From positions 1,312,001-1,376,000 of the forward strand of contig OY969559.1 of assembly GCA_963701075.1 (NCBI GenBank): a stretch of DNA of 64,000 nucleotides, given 5' to 3'. The notes beneath the pieces were generated by a model. The model was not told the origin of the DNA, did no database searches, and was given only the letters and a program-made list of their open reading frames with translations. The position numbers and the translations under genes are program-made. Shown here piece by piece: positions 20,825-30,603 of the stretch (position 1 is the stretch's first letter; each line of letters begins with the position of its first letter). The stretch is from an uncultured Nitrososphaerota archaeon (GTDB lineage Archaea; Thermoproteota; Nitrososphaeria; Nitrososphaerales; Nitrosopumilaceae).

Positions 20825-21716
20825 TCAATGATTCTAAAAACGAGTCTGTTTTAATTATCTTCCAAAAATAAAACTCAGATCTATTTTTTATTTTTCCTTC
20901 AAACAATATAAAGTTAATTCTCTGGGTTCTATCTCCGTTTTTCACTATTAATCGTTTTAGTCTTGGTTCTTCTTTCAACATTATGTTTAATTTCATATTT
21001 CGAAGATGATTTTCAAGTGATTTTTTATAGTCTTGATTTTTCTTAGGTTGAATGTATGGTATAATGTTAACCAAATTTTGCCTTGGATTGCCAATAACTA
21101 GCATTTTATTTTTTGATCTTATAATGACACCAGCACATTTTGTGATAAATTTATTTTTATACTGTTTATGAAATAAGTCAAATGTCTTTTTATTGACGAT
21201 AACTTTATCTCGAATTGGTTCTATCATAGACCCAATTCTAAAGTACTTATTACGATGATATACTAGCGGGTTTTTTGTTTCATCGTATCTTATTGAAATG
21301 ACTCTGCCAACAACCATGGTATGATCACCTATTTTTTTGATTGTAAATAATTTACATTTAGCATTTATTAAACAATCCGCAATTAAAGGAATCTCTGTTT
21401 TCTTTAACCCTGGTACTTGAAATGAATTGTGAATATTTAATTTGTCAATTTCTTTTCTAGAATATCCTCCTGCAATACTGACAAGAGTAGATTGTTTCTC
21501 GGATGCTACATTTACACCAAACTGTTTTGTTTTTTTAATATTCTCTAATGTGCTAGATCCCTCGTGAATGAACACGGCGATTAACATTGGTTCATATGAA
21601 ATCTGCATAGTCCATTCTGCTGCCATAACATTTTGCCCATTGGGACCATTAGAGGTGATCAAACTTATGCCTGTCATGAAAAGTTGTTGGGCGCGCTGCA
21701 TGATTTTCTTCTTCAT
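20817..21716 (-). CDS. Flavin reductase-like (DIM6/NTAB) protein with a degenerate Nudix-like C-terminal region
   Basis: NVMAAEWTMQISYEP and IGDHTMVVG; C-terminal CAGVIIRSKNKMLV. Confidence 0.8.
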   Translation of the reverse strand: MKKKIMQRAQQLFMTGISLITSNGPNGQNVMAAEWTMQISYEPMLIAVFIHEGSSTLENIKKTKQFGVNVASEKQSTLVSIAGGYSRKEIDKLNIHNSFQVPGLKKTEIPLIADCLINAKCKLFTIKKIGDHTMVVGRVISIRYDETKNPLVYHRNKYFRIGSMIEPIRDKVIVNKKTFDLFHKQYKNKFITKCAGVIIRSKNKMLVIGNPRQNLVNIIPYIQPKKNQDYKKSLENHLRNMKLNIMLKEEPRLKRLIVKNGDRTQRINFILFEGKIKNRSEFYFWKIIKTDSFLESLIK

Positions 21717-21983
21717 ATTATTACAACTCGTTACAACTGAGTATTAGTTCTTTAGTCGCAATTGTTGATGTCTGTCCAAGATCTAAAGGTTATTTATCTC
21801 ACTTATGAAAAGAAAAATGAAATTTCTAGTAATTCTGACATTTACCTTTTTCGCCAAGGATTTGAGGTGGTACTTGAAATTATTGAATCTGACCGTATTT
21901 AGGCAATAATGTCTTAAATTACGACTTAAAGAAACACAGATTAGGGTAAGATATTAAAAATCAGAAAACTGGGAATATGATCT

Positions 21984-22553
21984 ATGGTCAAAAAAACTAA
22001 GAAAAAAGAGGCACCAATTAATTTTGAAAAGGAACATCGCAAAGACAGGAACACGGTAATTGTAGTGGCAATCATCATTACAGTAGTTGCCACACTTGTA
22101 TTTGCTTTTCATGGACTAGGTAGTACCACAACAGATTCTGGCCAAGCTGCAGTGATAGATGGGATACAATGCAATAATATTACATATGACAGTTTTCACA
22201 TAAACGCACACTTGGATGTATTCGTAGATGGAAAACCATATGCCGTTCCAGCAAAAATTGGAATTATAAATGATACATGTCTATACTGGATTAATACATC
22301 CGATGATACAGGGATTATACATATTGGTGCGCCAAGTGACAACCAATTTACGCTAGGTCAATTGTTCGATATTTGGAAGGCTACTGGAAGTGATCTTCTT
22401 CCTCAAGATATTCCCGCAATTTACCTGAATGGCCAACAAATAACTTCTAGTCTAAATGCAACGGCAATAAAATCCCATGATGAATTTACGGTTGTTTATG
22501 GAATTAAGCCATCGATCATACCGGCATCTTATCAATTTCCGCCTGGTCTTTAA
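21984..22553 (+). CDS. Membrane-anchored extracellular protein, unknown function
   Basis: N-terminal TM; FHINAHLDVFVDG...CLYW...GIIHI. Confidence 0.75.
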   Translation: MVKKTKKKEAPINFEKEHRKDRNTVIVVAIIITVVATLVFAFHGLGSTTTDSGQAAVIDGIQCNNITYDSFHINAHLDVFVDGKPYAVPAKIGIINDTCLYWINTSDDTGIIHIGAPSDNQFTLGQLFDIWKATGSDLLPQDIPAIYLNGQQITSSLNATAIKSHDEFTVVYGIKPSIIPASYQFPPGL

Positions 22554-22559
22554 GCTCTA

Positions 22560-22961
22560 TTGGTAATAGTCGATTTTTACAGAAAACTTTATGAAAGCAG
22601 AACTGAGAGTCCATGCATGATAATTCAGGAAATAACACTAAATGGTAAAAAATACCGGTTAACGCTTACTGATCAATTGCTTTCGGATGTAAGACGACTT
22701 AAGGCCCTTTATAATGCAGCATATGAGGACCCAGAAAGCTTTGAAGAGGTGAGCTCGGCCATATCTGATACCATAAACCAAATAGCGAGCTCCGTTGAAC
22801 CCGCCGTTTCAGATGGCGATCTAGATGCCTTGATTCAAGCTGTAATGAAGGCTGTAGACGAGAAGAGTAAAGAAACCGAAGAAGCAAAAGCTAAACATGC
22901 AGAAGAGCGAGCAAAAAGCGAAAAAAACAAGATATCAAAGCCTAAAAAATCAAAAAAATAA
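22560..22961 (+). CDS. Hypothetical protein with a Lys-rich tail
   Basis: Helical charged ORF; the true start is probably downstream of 22560. Confidence 0.7.
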   Translation: MVIVDFYRKLYESRTESPCMIIQEITLNGKKYRLTLTDQLLSDVRRLKALYNAAYEDPESFEEVSSAISDTINQIASSVEPAVSDGDLDALIQAVMKAVDEKSKETEEAKAKHAEERAKSEKNKISKPKKSKK

Positions 22962-23031
22962 TACAAGTTGAGTGTCTAATCAGAAAAGAACCCTCATATT
23001 GGTTAAATGTAAATACATACTCAGAAAACAC

Positions 23032-23145
23032 ATGCAAACTCATTGTGAATGTGGCATCTGTGGTCACGTATCTGAACAGGATTGTATTTCAAATGAATGC
23101 AAATGTTGTGTAAACTTTCACATGCGTTCCGGCCCTAAAAAATAA
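23032..23145 (+). CDS. Cys/His-rich microprotein (37 aa), metallothionein-like
   Basis: MQTHCECGICGHVSEQDCISNECKCCVNFHMRSGPKK; TTAAAT about 25 bp upstream. Confidence 0.65.
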   Translation: MQTHCECGICGHVSEQDCISNECKCCVNFHMRSGPKK

Positions 23146-23146
23146 T

Positions 23147-23392
23147 TTATTTACTTTTCGGTTTTCGCAATATCCCAAATACTATCACTCCAGCACCAAA
23201 TATTCCAGTAACAATAGATATGGTTTGTATGTTTGATAGAATTTGGCACCCAATGGCATAGTCTTGAGAAGTATATGTGGAAACAATCCCGCTCATAGAA
23301 TTACAATTATCAATTCCAGGTTTTACTAGGTAGTGAATTATTGAAGAGATTATCATTATGGCAATGCCATAAGATACAGTTATTATTTTCAA
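23147..23392 (-). CDS. Small two-TM membrane protein
   Basis: Two hydrophobic helices flanking a loop with two Cys. Confidence 0.65.
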   Translation of the reverse strand: MKIITVSYGIAIMIISSIIHYLVKPGIDNCNSMSGIVSTYTSQDYAIGCQILSNIQTISIVTGIFGAGVIVFGILRKPKSK

Positions 23393-23549
23393 TATGGGGC
23401 ATTCATTTACATTGCATTTATGTTAATAGTTAACCAAACGGTTTCAGGTTTATTATTTTGGTTCTAAACCGAATTTTATAAATACGCGGTCAATTGGTTG
23501 ATAGTTCGAGTTCTGTAGCTTTAAATAAGTACTATCTAAATTTTTTATA

Positions 23550-24881
23550 ATGAGATCTGAAGCATTTCAGAAATGTATTGATCCATCATGCGGCTTGGAA
23601 TATCCAATTACGGACATCCGTATAGAATGTGATCGTGGACATCTTCTTGATATAAAGTATGAATCAAAACCACCTTCCTCGTTAAAAGATACATTCTACA
23701 AAAGAAGAAATCACTCAAACAACATATTTAACGAAAGTGGAGTTTGGAGATTCAGAGAGTTACTGAATTTTTGTCAGATTGATTCTGAAAATATTGACGA
23801 GTGTTCAAAATACCTTGTATCACTTGATGGTGCAGAGGGAAGATTGTCAAAACCATATCACATGTCGAAGGTTTCTGATTATGTAGGTGTACAAAACCTA
23901 TGGCTTCAACCAGAAGGATATAACCCAAGTGGATCTTTTAAAGACAATGGCATGGCTACTGCTGTAACACATGCAAAGCTTGTTAACATAAAGAAAATAA
24001 TCTGTGCCTCGACAGGAAATACGTCTGCATCAGCTGCGATGTATGCAGCAAATGAAAATATAGAATGTGATGTCTACATACCTGCTGGTGAAGTAGCTCC
24101 TGGAAAACTAAGCCAAGCTTTTCAGTTCGGTTCTCAAGTGATTGAAATTAAAGGAAATTTTGATGATGCCCTTTCAGCTTCACTTAAACGAGCAGGAGAA
24201 GTAGGCGGTTACACTGTTAATTCTGTAAATCCCTTCAGAATAGAGGGACAAAAAACAATTGTTTTCAGAGCTCTCGAATCGCTTGACTGGAATGCTCCGG
24301 ATTGGATCGTATATCCTGGAGGGGCTCTTGGCAATACATCAAGTTGTGGAAAAAGTTTGATGGAATTATATGAGTGGGGATGGATCAAAAAGATTCCTCG
24401 TATTGCAGTAGTTAATTCTGAAGGAGCGAATACTCTTCACACCCTTTACAATGGAAAATTTGAAGAATCCAAATTACGATGGAATAAAGGAAAACCAGAT
24501 ACAAATTTGATAAAAAGATATTACGAGTTTATGGATGAAAAAGAAATAAGACCAAAGACAAAAGCAACTGCGATTCAAATTGCAAAACCAGCTAACATAC
24601 TAAAAGGGATTAGAGCATTAGAATTTACTAATGGAGTGGTCACTCAAGTTTCAGATAGCGAAATGTTAGATGGGATGGCCCTTGTTGGCCTAAATGGATT
24701 TGACTGTGAAATGGCTTCAGGTGCTGTTCCTGCAGGAATCAGAAAACTAATGCATGAAGGAATAATCAAAAAAGATGATACCGTGATAGGCATTCTAACT
24801 GGAAGACAAAAGGATTCTAGCATACCTGTTGACTATCACAAGAATTCACAGAACAAATTTGCCAATCCGCCTAGATCTTAG
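23550..24881 (+). CDS. thrC: Threonine synthase
   Basis: NPSGSFKD PLP lysine, CASTGNTSAS and NPFRIEGQKT. Confidence 0.93.
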   Translation: MRSEAFQKCIDPSCGLEYPITDIRIECDRGHLLDIKYESKPPSSLKDTFYKRRNHSNNIFNESGVWRFRELLNFCQIDSENIDECSKYLVSLDGAEGRLSKPYHMSKVSDYVGVQNLWLQPEGYNPSGSFKDNGMATAVTHAKLVNIKKIICASTGNTSASAAMYAANENIECDVYIPAGEVAPGKLSQAFQFGSQVIEIKGNFDDALSASLKRAGEVGGYTVNSVNPFRIEGQKTIVFRALESLDWNAPDWIVYPGGALGNTSSCGKSLMELYEWGWIKKIPRIAVVNSEGANTLHTLYNGKFEESKLRWNKGKPDTNLIKRYYEFMDEKEIRPKTKATAIQIAKPANILKGIRALEFTNGVVTQVSDSEMLDGMALVGLNGFDCEMASGAVPAGIRKLMHEGIIKKDDTVIGILTGRQKDSSIPVDYHKNSQNKFANPPRS

Positions 24882-25777
24882 TCATGTTCTGGCTCGGGAA
24901 TTATGATAACCCTAGCCAAGGCCATCTCGTTTTTTACCACTGTTGATATTGTTTTGACAATTCTACTTGTTTCGTCAAGTCTTGTTTCATTTGGAAAAAC
25001 TATGTGTATCTCTGCATTAAACTCACTACCAACCGGTCTTAGAAATATCTCCTTTGTCTTGATTTTGAATCTCAAAAATATGAGGTCTCTTATATCGTCG
25101 GTCATCTGTGGATTATTTACGGCATCAACTAAAACAAGAGTTGATTCTCGAATCGCAGTGTATGCCATCAAAAATATATATCCTGCAATTATTATGCCTC
25201 CAATCGCATCCATGAATTTGAAACTAGTATAGGTGCCAACAAGTACGCTGGCAAATCCAACGAAGGACGCAGTACCGTCTTTGATTGAATTTTTAGCATC
25301 AAGCTTGAGTGATATGAGATTGGATTCCATTGCAACTTTTCTTATTAAAAATGCTCTGTGTAATGATAAACCGCCAGCTATAACAAGCGTAACCAGGGTT
25401 ATCTCAGGATAGTGACTAGTGGCATGATTGAATAAGATTCCAACTGCATGATATGTTATCAGAGCCCCCAAGACAACGATTACTATAGCTGCAGTAAAAG
25501 CTGCGAGCACCTCTACCTTACGATACCCAAAAGGAAACAGTTTACTTTTTGGTTTTCTAATCATACTAATGCCGAACCAAACTATGAACGAGATCATAGA
25601 ATCAGCAAGCGAATCTAATCCATCAGCTGTTAAAGTAACACTTCCTGTAAATATCGTTACAACTAGCTCTGCTACACCTATTGCAGCAAGCGTAATTACT
25701 GACTGCTTTGCTGCAAGTTGAGCCTTGTTTAAAACATCATGATGTCTAGATTCTTTGTTTTTTTCTGTAGATCCCAA
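24878..25777 (-). CDS. Cation diffusion facilitator (CDF) transporter
   Basis: ADGLDSLAD, FPFGYRKVE, six TMs and a C-terminal dimerisation domain. Confidence 0.92.
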   Translation of the reverse strand: MGSTEKNKESRHHDVLNKAQLAAKQSVITLAAIGVAELVVTIFTGSVTLTADGLDSLADSMISFIVWFGISMIRKPKSKLFPFGYRKVEVLAAFTAAIVIVVLGALITYHAVGILFNHATSHYPEITLVTLVIAGGLSLHRAFLIRKVAMESNLISLKLDAKNSIKDGTASFVGFASVLVGTYTSFKFMDAIGGIIIAGYIFLMAYTAIRESTLVLVDAVNNPQMTDDIRDLIFLRFKIKTKEIFLRPVGSEFNAEIHIVFPNETRLDETSRIVKTISTVVKNEMALARVIIIPEPEHD

Positions 25778-25833
25778 TTAGAATTTGATCAACAGTAACA
25801 TGCATTTTGCTCTTTTTAAACCGTATTGTTTAT

Positions 25834-26880
25834 TCATTCTTTGAAATGCTCTTCAAGCATTCTCTTTTTCTCTTCCATGTGAAACAATTCTTCAGTATGC
25901 TTGAATGCATCTTCCTTTTTTCGCTTAAACAACATTGCTTGCATGAGGAGATGATTTTCTGGTACTACTATTCCAGTTTGATCGTCAGAATAGGTCAGTT
26001 TTACCACATCATCCTGAACTTCTGTAAGATCCGCATGTATGTGGATCATGTTGGTATCTTTGAAACTGAATTTGATTGATTCCGCATAATCTCTGATATC
26101 TTTGGTTCCTTTTACACCGTACAACGTTGCCACACCATACTCATTTTTGTAGAGATTGATTATCTCAGATATATTCGGGGCATGGCCATTAAATCGTATA
26201 TCCATTGCATGTACATGCATCTGTCTTGTTGGCACCTTAAAAGCACGAATAAACAAAGGCGTATCTGCACCCATATAGCTTTTCACATCTTCGTCGTGAT
26301 GCGGCTTGTAACTCCATTCAATTGAATCTTCTACCTCCGTCTTCGAATCTTCCAAATCTGCCCACCTTCGAATCAATACGGCATCTAGTCTCTTTATTTT
26401 TTTACCATATTTTTCCTTCAGGGGCTGGATGATTCTCCCCATTCCAGTAACGTTGCAGCTTCCTTGCATTACAAACTGTTTATCAAATGCTTCCTCATAA
26501 TTCACTCGGGAATTGAAGATGAATGGTGCCACTGCTTTTTCTCCGGAGATTTTTTCTCCTCCTTGAAATATAGCACGGGTATTTTTTGGTTCATAAAGTA
26601 TTTTTTTATTTGTGTATCCTACTCCTCCCGGAGACGCGTCTATTACAAGATCACAATCTGAAATTTTATCTTCTATAGTTCCAGAAATATCAAAATTTTT
26701 AAAATAATTCACTCTATTTTTTGGAACATAGATCTTGAAGCCTCGTGATATTGCGTCATTAACTTTTTCATCTGGAGAGTATTTTCCTACTCCTGCTACT
26801 TCGATATCATGATCGTCTGCTATGAATTGTACTATTCTACTTCCTATTGATCCATATCCATTTACAAAAACACGTTTCAT
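25834..26880 (-). CDS. gap: Type II (archaeal) glyceraldehyde-3-phosphate dehydrogenase
   Basis: VNGYGSIG, IFQGGEK, GSCN catalytic Cys and IVVPEN. Confidence 0.9.
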   Translation of the reverse strand: MKRVFVNGYGSIGSRIVQFIADDHDIEVAGVGKYSPDEKVNDAISRGFKIYVPKNRVNYFKNFDISGTIEDKISDCDLVIDASPGGVGYTNKKILYEPKNTRAIFQGGEKISGEKAVAPFIFNSRVNYEEAFDKQFVMQGSCNVTGMGRIIQPLKEKYGKKIKRLDAVLIRRWADLEDSKTEVEDSIEWSYKPHHDEDVKSYMGADTPLFIRAFKVPTRQMHVHAMDIRFNGHAPNISEIINLYKNEYGVATLYGVKGTKDIRDYAESIKFSFKDTNMIHIHADLTEVQDDVVKLTYSDDQTGIVVPENHLLMQAMLFKRKKEDAFKHTEELFHMEEKKRMLEEHFKE

Positions 26881-26958
26881 ATTTTCATGATAAATGATTC
26901 CCTCTTATTTACATACCCTTGATAAGAACTAAATAGACTTCAAATTCTGTTAGTGTAG

Positions 26959-27663
26959 TTGAAGATCCATATGCCGTCACTTGGAATTGGTGTTGGTTTA
27001 GTCATAGCTGTGATCATAGTGGTCTTTTTAGTTTATGGGCAGGGCATGATGAAAACCCCCTCTCCCGAAATTTCCTCTCAGAATATGCAGAATACTAGTC
27101 AAACAGTAGGTCTTAATCTTATAACAGGTAACGTATCCCCAGTTCTAGGTTCAGAGAACGCTTCAATCACAATGATAGAGTTCGGAGATTACCAGTGTTT
27201 TTATTGTAACAATTTTTTTCACAATACTGAATCTGGCATAGTAGAGAACTATATCGACACTGGTAAAGTCAAAATGTACTTCAAGGACTTTACAATCATA
27301 GGTCAAGATTCGGTTAATGCAGCTAATGCCGCGCATTGTGCCCAGGATCAAGGAAAATTCTGGGAGTATCACGATACCTTGTATAGTAACTGGGCAGGTG
27401 AGAACACTGGTTGGGCTTCTTCTGCAAACTTGGAACGATTTGCAAATCAGGTAGGTCTAAACCAGACTCAATTTAATCAATGTATGATTCAGGCAAAATA
27501 CATCACAACTATTCGCAATAGTGTCTCAGATGCTAACAATCTGGGTCTTACCGGAACCCCAGATTTCTTCATAATGGGGCCTGATAATTCTATCACGAAG
27601 GTAGTTGGCGCTCAGCCATACCAAGTATTTGATGAAATTTTCAAGTCTAAACTGAAATCCTGA
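26959..27663 (+). CDS. DsbA/thioredoxin-fold membrane-anchored oxidoreductase
   Basis: EFGDYQCFYC, GTP cis-Pro loop and an N-terminal TM. Confidence 0.9.
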   Translation: MKIHMPSLGIGVGLVIAVIIVVFLVYGQGMMKTPSPEISSQNMQNTSQTVGLNLITGNVSPVLGSENASITMIEFGDYQCFYCNNFFHNTESGIVENYIDTGKVKMYFKDFTIIGQDSVNAANAAHCAQDQGKFWEYHDTLYSNWAGENTGWASSANLERFANQVGLNQTQFNQCMIQAKYITTIRNSVSDANNLGLTGTPDFFIMGPDNSITKVVGAQPYQVFDEIFKSKLKS

Positions 27664-27744
27664 GATATTTTTTGTCTGTTTCATTAAAAAAGCGAATAAA
27701 ACCGTGGTTTTGTGAGATCAAGTTGACTCTCAAAATGCTTATAT

Positions 27745-29163
27745 TTGTTACATCTAAGCTCTCAGCTGTTGGCTGCAGGTATAGATGACATAGCCATCTA
27801 CGTTCCAAGATTATTTGTAGACGCCAGAGATTTCGCAAAAGCTCGTGGCATGGATCCGGATAAACTTCAACGTGGATTAGGTGTTTCTCAGATGGCTATC
27901 GTGGATACTAATCAAGATCCTGCATGCATGGCAGCCAATGCATGTCTAAGGTTAATTGAGAGAAACAAACTCGCTCCAAAGGATATTGGGAGACTCTATG
28001 TGGCTACAGAGTCTTCTCTTGACGAATCAAAAGCTATGAATTCTTATGTCATAGGCATGTTGGAACAAATCTACGGTGATGATTCTTTAGAACACTGTGG
28101 CGGAATTGAATGTAAGTTTGCATGCGTTAGCGGTTCATATGCGTTGTATGATAACTCAAACTGGATCAGGGCCGGGGAGGCTGAAGGGAAGTATGCAATT
28201 GTAGTTGTCTCGGACATTGCAAAATATGATCTTGGTTCTAGCGGCGAATATACCCAAGGCGCAGGTGCTGTTGCAATGTTATTAAATGATACTCCAAGAA
28301 TTATGACTTTCGATCCAAAGGTAACATCTACTTCAATAAAAAACGAATATGATTTCTACAGGCCATTTGGGAAGGAAACTCCTATTGTCAACGGGCAATA
28401 TTCTAACCTACTTTATATGATTCAGGTAAAGAAGGCGCTTATGGCATACCGAGAAAAGGCATTATCCACCGGATTGATTAAACTAAAAGAAGGGGAGACC
28501 ATCTTAGACTACATCGATTTCATAAACATGCATCTTCCATACAGTAACATGGGCAAGAAAGCACTTGCCTATCTGTTAAGACATGAGTGGAGGAATATGC
28601 CATATTGGAAGAAAATAATTGAAAAGATGGGAATGGCCGAACCCGCGCCGAAGGACCCACGAGGAACAATTGAATCTGTTCTTGCCGATGAAGAGTTCAT
28701 GGCAAAAGACCATGAATTTACAAAGCGATTTACACAAACCGAAGAATTTCAAGACGCATATGATTCAAAACTTGCGAGCTCTTTGATTGCGTCAAGAATA
28801 GTTGGAAATCTATATACTGCATCTCTCTACATGGGGTTCAGAAGCTGCCTTGAATTTGAATTTCAAAAAGGAACTGAACTGGAAGGAAAAAGATTTGGAT
28901 TTGGTTCCTATGGAAGTGGTAGTAGCGCAATGGTTTTCAGTGGCGTGATAATGCCAACATACAAAGAAATTGTAAAAGACATGAATTTAGAGTCAGAAAT
29001 AGGCAATAGGGTAAAGGTCTCACTTGAAGAATATGAGGAAATCCACGAAAATAAGCGCGGTCTAAATGATAACCTCATAGATAGCAAAAAAGAGTTTGTT
29101 TTAGTAGGTATAGCGAATACTCCTGAGATGCGTGGTCAACGCACGTATGTTTTCAAAGAATAG
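27745..29163 (+). CDS. Hydroxymethylglutaryl-CoA synthase (start probably a TTG slightly downstream)
   Basis: VATES, KFACVSG catalytic Cys, HLPY, GNLYTAS and SYGSG. Confidence 0.92.
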   Translation: MLHLSSQLLAAGIDDIAIYVPRLFVDARDFAKARGMDPDKLQRGLGVSQMAIVDTNQDPACMAANACLRLIERNKLAPKDIGRLYVATESSLDESKAMNSYVIGMLEQIYGDDSLEHCGGIECKFACVSGSYALYDNSNWIRAGEAEGKYAIVVVSDIAKYDLGSSGEYTQGAGAVAMLLNDTPRIMTFDPKVTSTSIKNEYDFYRPFGKETPIVNGQYSNLLYMIQVKKALMAYREKALSTGLIKLKEGETILDYIDFINMHLPYSNMGKKALAYLLRHEWRNMPYWKKIIEKMGMAEPAPKDPRGTIESVLADEEFMAKDHEFTKRFTQTEEFQDAYDSKLASSLIASRIVGNLYTASLYMGFRSCLEFEFQKGTELEGKRFGFGSYGSGSSAMVFSGVIMPTYKEIVKDMNLESEIGNRVKVSLEEYEEIHENKRGLNDNLIDSKKEFVLVGIANTPEMRGQRTYVFKE

Positions 29164-29238
29164 AGAGTATATTTTTGATCTAAACGATCACTGAAAATCA
29201 ACAAAAAAGATATAAAATCATAAAATTCTAAATAGAGC

Positions 29239-29364
29239 ATGAAAGATCGTTCAATGCCAATCTGTTTTACCGCAGAACAATATGGCAAAATTGAGCAAAT
29301 TGCAAAGCAGAGAGGAATGCTTAACGCAAACCAGCTTATCGAAAAAGCCATAAACGAACTATAA
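29239..29364 (+). CDS. Ribbon-helix-helix-like microprotein (41 aa)
   Basis: MKDRSMPICFTAEQYGKIEQIAKQRGMLNANQLIEKAINEL. Confidence 0.65.
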   Translation: MKDRSMPICFTAEQYGKIEQIAKQRGMLNANQLIEKAINEL

Positions 29365-29437
29365 AAACATCGATAAGTTCTTCTTTTTCATTCCACGTCT
29401 ATCAATCTTTTTTAATAGATTTGATTTATTTTGGAGT

Positions 29438-29848
29438 GTGAGTCTATTCGGACGAAAATCCGCAGTTTGTGCTATATGTAAAAAGCAGCTAAGTCACAGG
29501 CATAAACCGAAAAGCGAATGGCAGATAGAGGGTCCCCTATGCGGTGATTGCTATGTTACCCAGATGCAAAAGTTTTATGATCTTAGTTTAAGACAAAAAT
29601 GCATTATTTGTGGTATTGAAAAAGACGTTCCAGACATGTGGGAACCAAAATACCAGTGGGATATGAAAGGGTTGCTTTGTAAAGTATGTTTTGATAAAAA
29701 AGATGAAGAATATAAGAACTTGAAGACCTTTTGCAAGATCTGTGGAAAAAAGCTTGGCATGATAAGGTATAATCCTAAAAGTAAATGGAATATTGGCGGG
29801 AATTTGTGTAGAGAATGCTGGGATTCTCAAAAGGCAAAATTAGGATAG
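29438..29848 (+). CDS. Protein with three CxxC...CxxC zinc-finger repeats
   Basis: Three repeats of CxxC-(n)-PK..W...G.LCxxC. Confidence 0.8.
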   Translation: MSLFGRKSAVCAICKKQLSHRHKPKSEWQIEGPLCGDCYVTQMQKFYDLSLRQKCIICGIEKDVPDMWEPKYQWDMKGLLCKVCFDKKDEEYKNLKTFCKICGKKLGMIRYNPKSKWNIGGNLCRECWDSQKAKLG

Positions 29849-29850
29849 AA

Positions 29851-30054
29851 ATGCGTCTTTTTAAGAAATACAAATGTGAGAAATGCGGTAGGAAGTTTGG
29901 TCAGCAGGAAGAACTAATGCATCATGAGCAAATTGCGCATGATGTCTCTATGTATGATTGCAAAGAATGTAATCTCTATTTTCCTAGCATGGAAACTATG
30001 AGGACACACTTGCAAAGAATGCACAGTTATCAAGGAAAAAGAGATTCTCAGTAA
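29851..30054 (+). CDS. Tandem C2H2 zinc-finger protein
   Basis: YKCEKCGRKF..ELMHHEQIAH and YDCKECNLYF..MRTHLQRMH. Confidence 0.8.
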   Translation: MRLFKKYKCEKCGRKFGQQEELMHHEQIAHDVSMYDCKECNLYFPSMETMRTHLQRMHSYQGKRDSQ

Positions 30055-30245
30055 GCTTTTACAGTCTTTACCACTGGCGGTCTTACCTTTGTGAATACTC
30101 TGAAACCGCAGATGCATTTTATTTCTGGGAGTCTTGTCAGCTCGGATTGGCTTACGCGAGTACCGCATCTCATGCAAGCATAAAATACACTGAAACTAGA
30201 TGGTTTTTCTTCTTGTACGCTCTGCTCTTGTATTGGTTCAGACAT
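30048..30245 (-). CDS. rpoP: DNA-directed RNA polymerase subunit P (Rpo12)
   Basis: YACMRCG...IKCICGFRVFTKVRPPVVKTVKA. Confidence 0.9.
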   Translation of the reverse strand: MSEPIQEQSVQEEKPSSFSVFYACMRCGTRVSQSELTRLPEIKCICGFRVFTKVRPPVVKTVKAY

Positions 30246-30286
30246 GATTTATCAAAAAGTTATCTGTAATTTAAGGCTAACACAAA

Positions 30287-30595
30287 TTATTTGAGTGTCA
30301 GTTCGATGTACACATCATTGGGGATCTTGATTCTCATGAGTTGCCTAATTGCTCGGTCATCTGCACTCAAATCTATTACTCTTCTATGTATTCTCATTTC
30401 CCATTTCTCATATGTATGAGTCCCTTGTCCACAGGGTGACTTGCGAGTTACAACGTTAAGTCTTTTCACAGGCAAAGGAGTTGGACCTTTAACTTTAACG
30501 CCAGTCTTCTCTCCTATTCCTTTTATTTCGCTGCATACTCCATCCAGCCTTTGCAAACTTGTGCTTGTTAATTTTATTCTGGCTGTTTGAGTCAT
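30287..30595 (-). CDS. rpsJ: 30S ribosomal protein S10 (uS10)
   Basis: KGPTPLP, RKSPCGQG and WEMRIHRRVID. Confidence 0.97.
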   Translation of the reverse strand: MTQTARIKLTSTSLQRLDGVCSEIKGIGEKTGVKVKGPTPLPVKRLNVVTRKSPCGQGTHTYEKWEMRIHRRVIDLSADDRAIRQLMRIKIPNDVYIELTLK

Positions 30596-30603
30596 TCAGA
30601 TCA

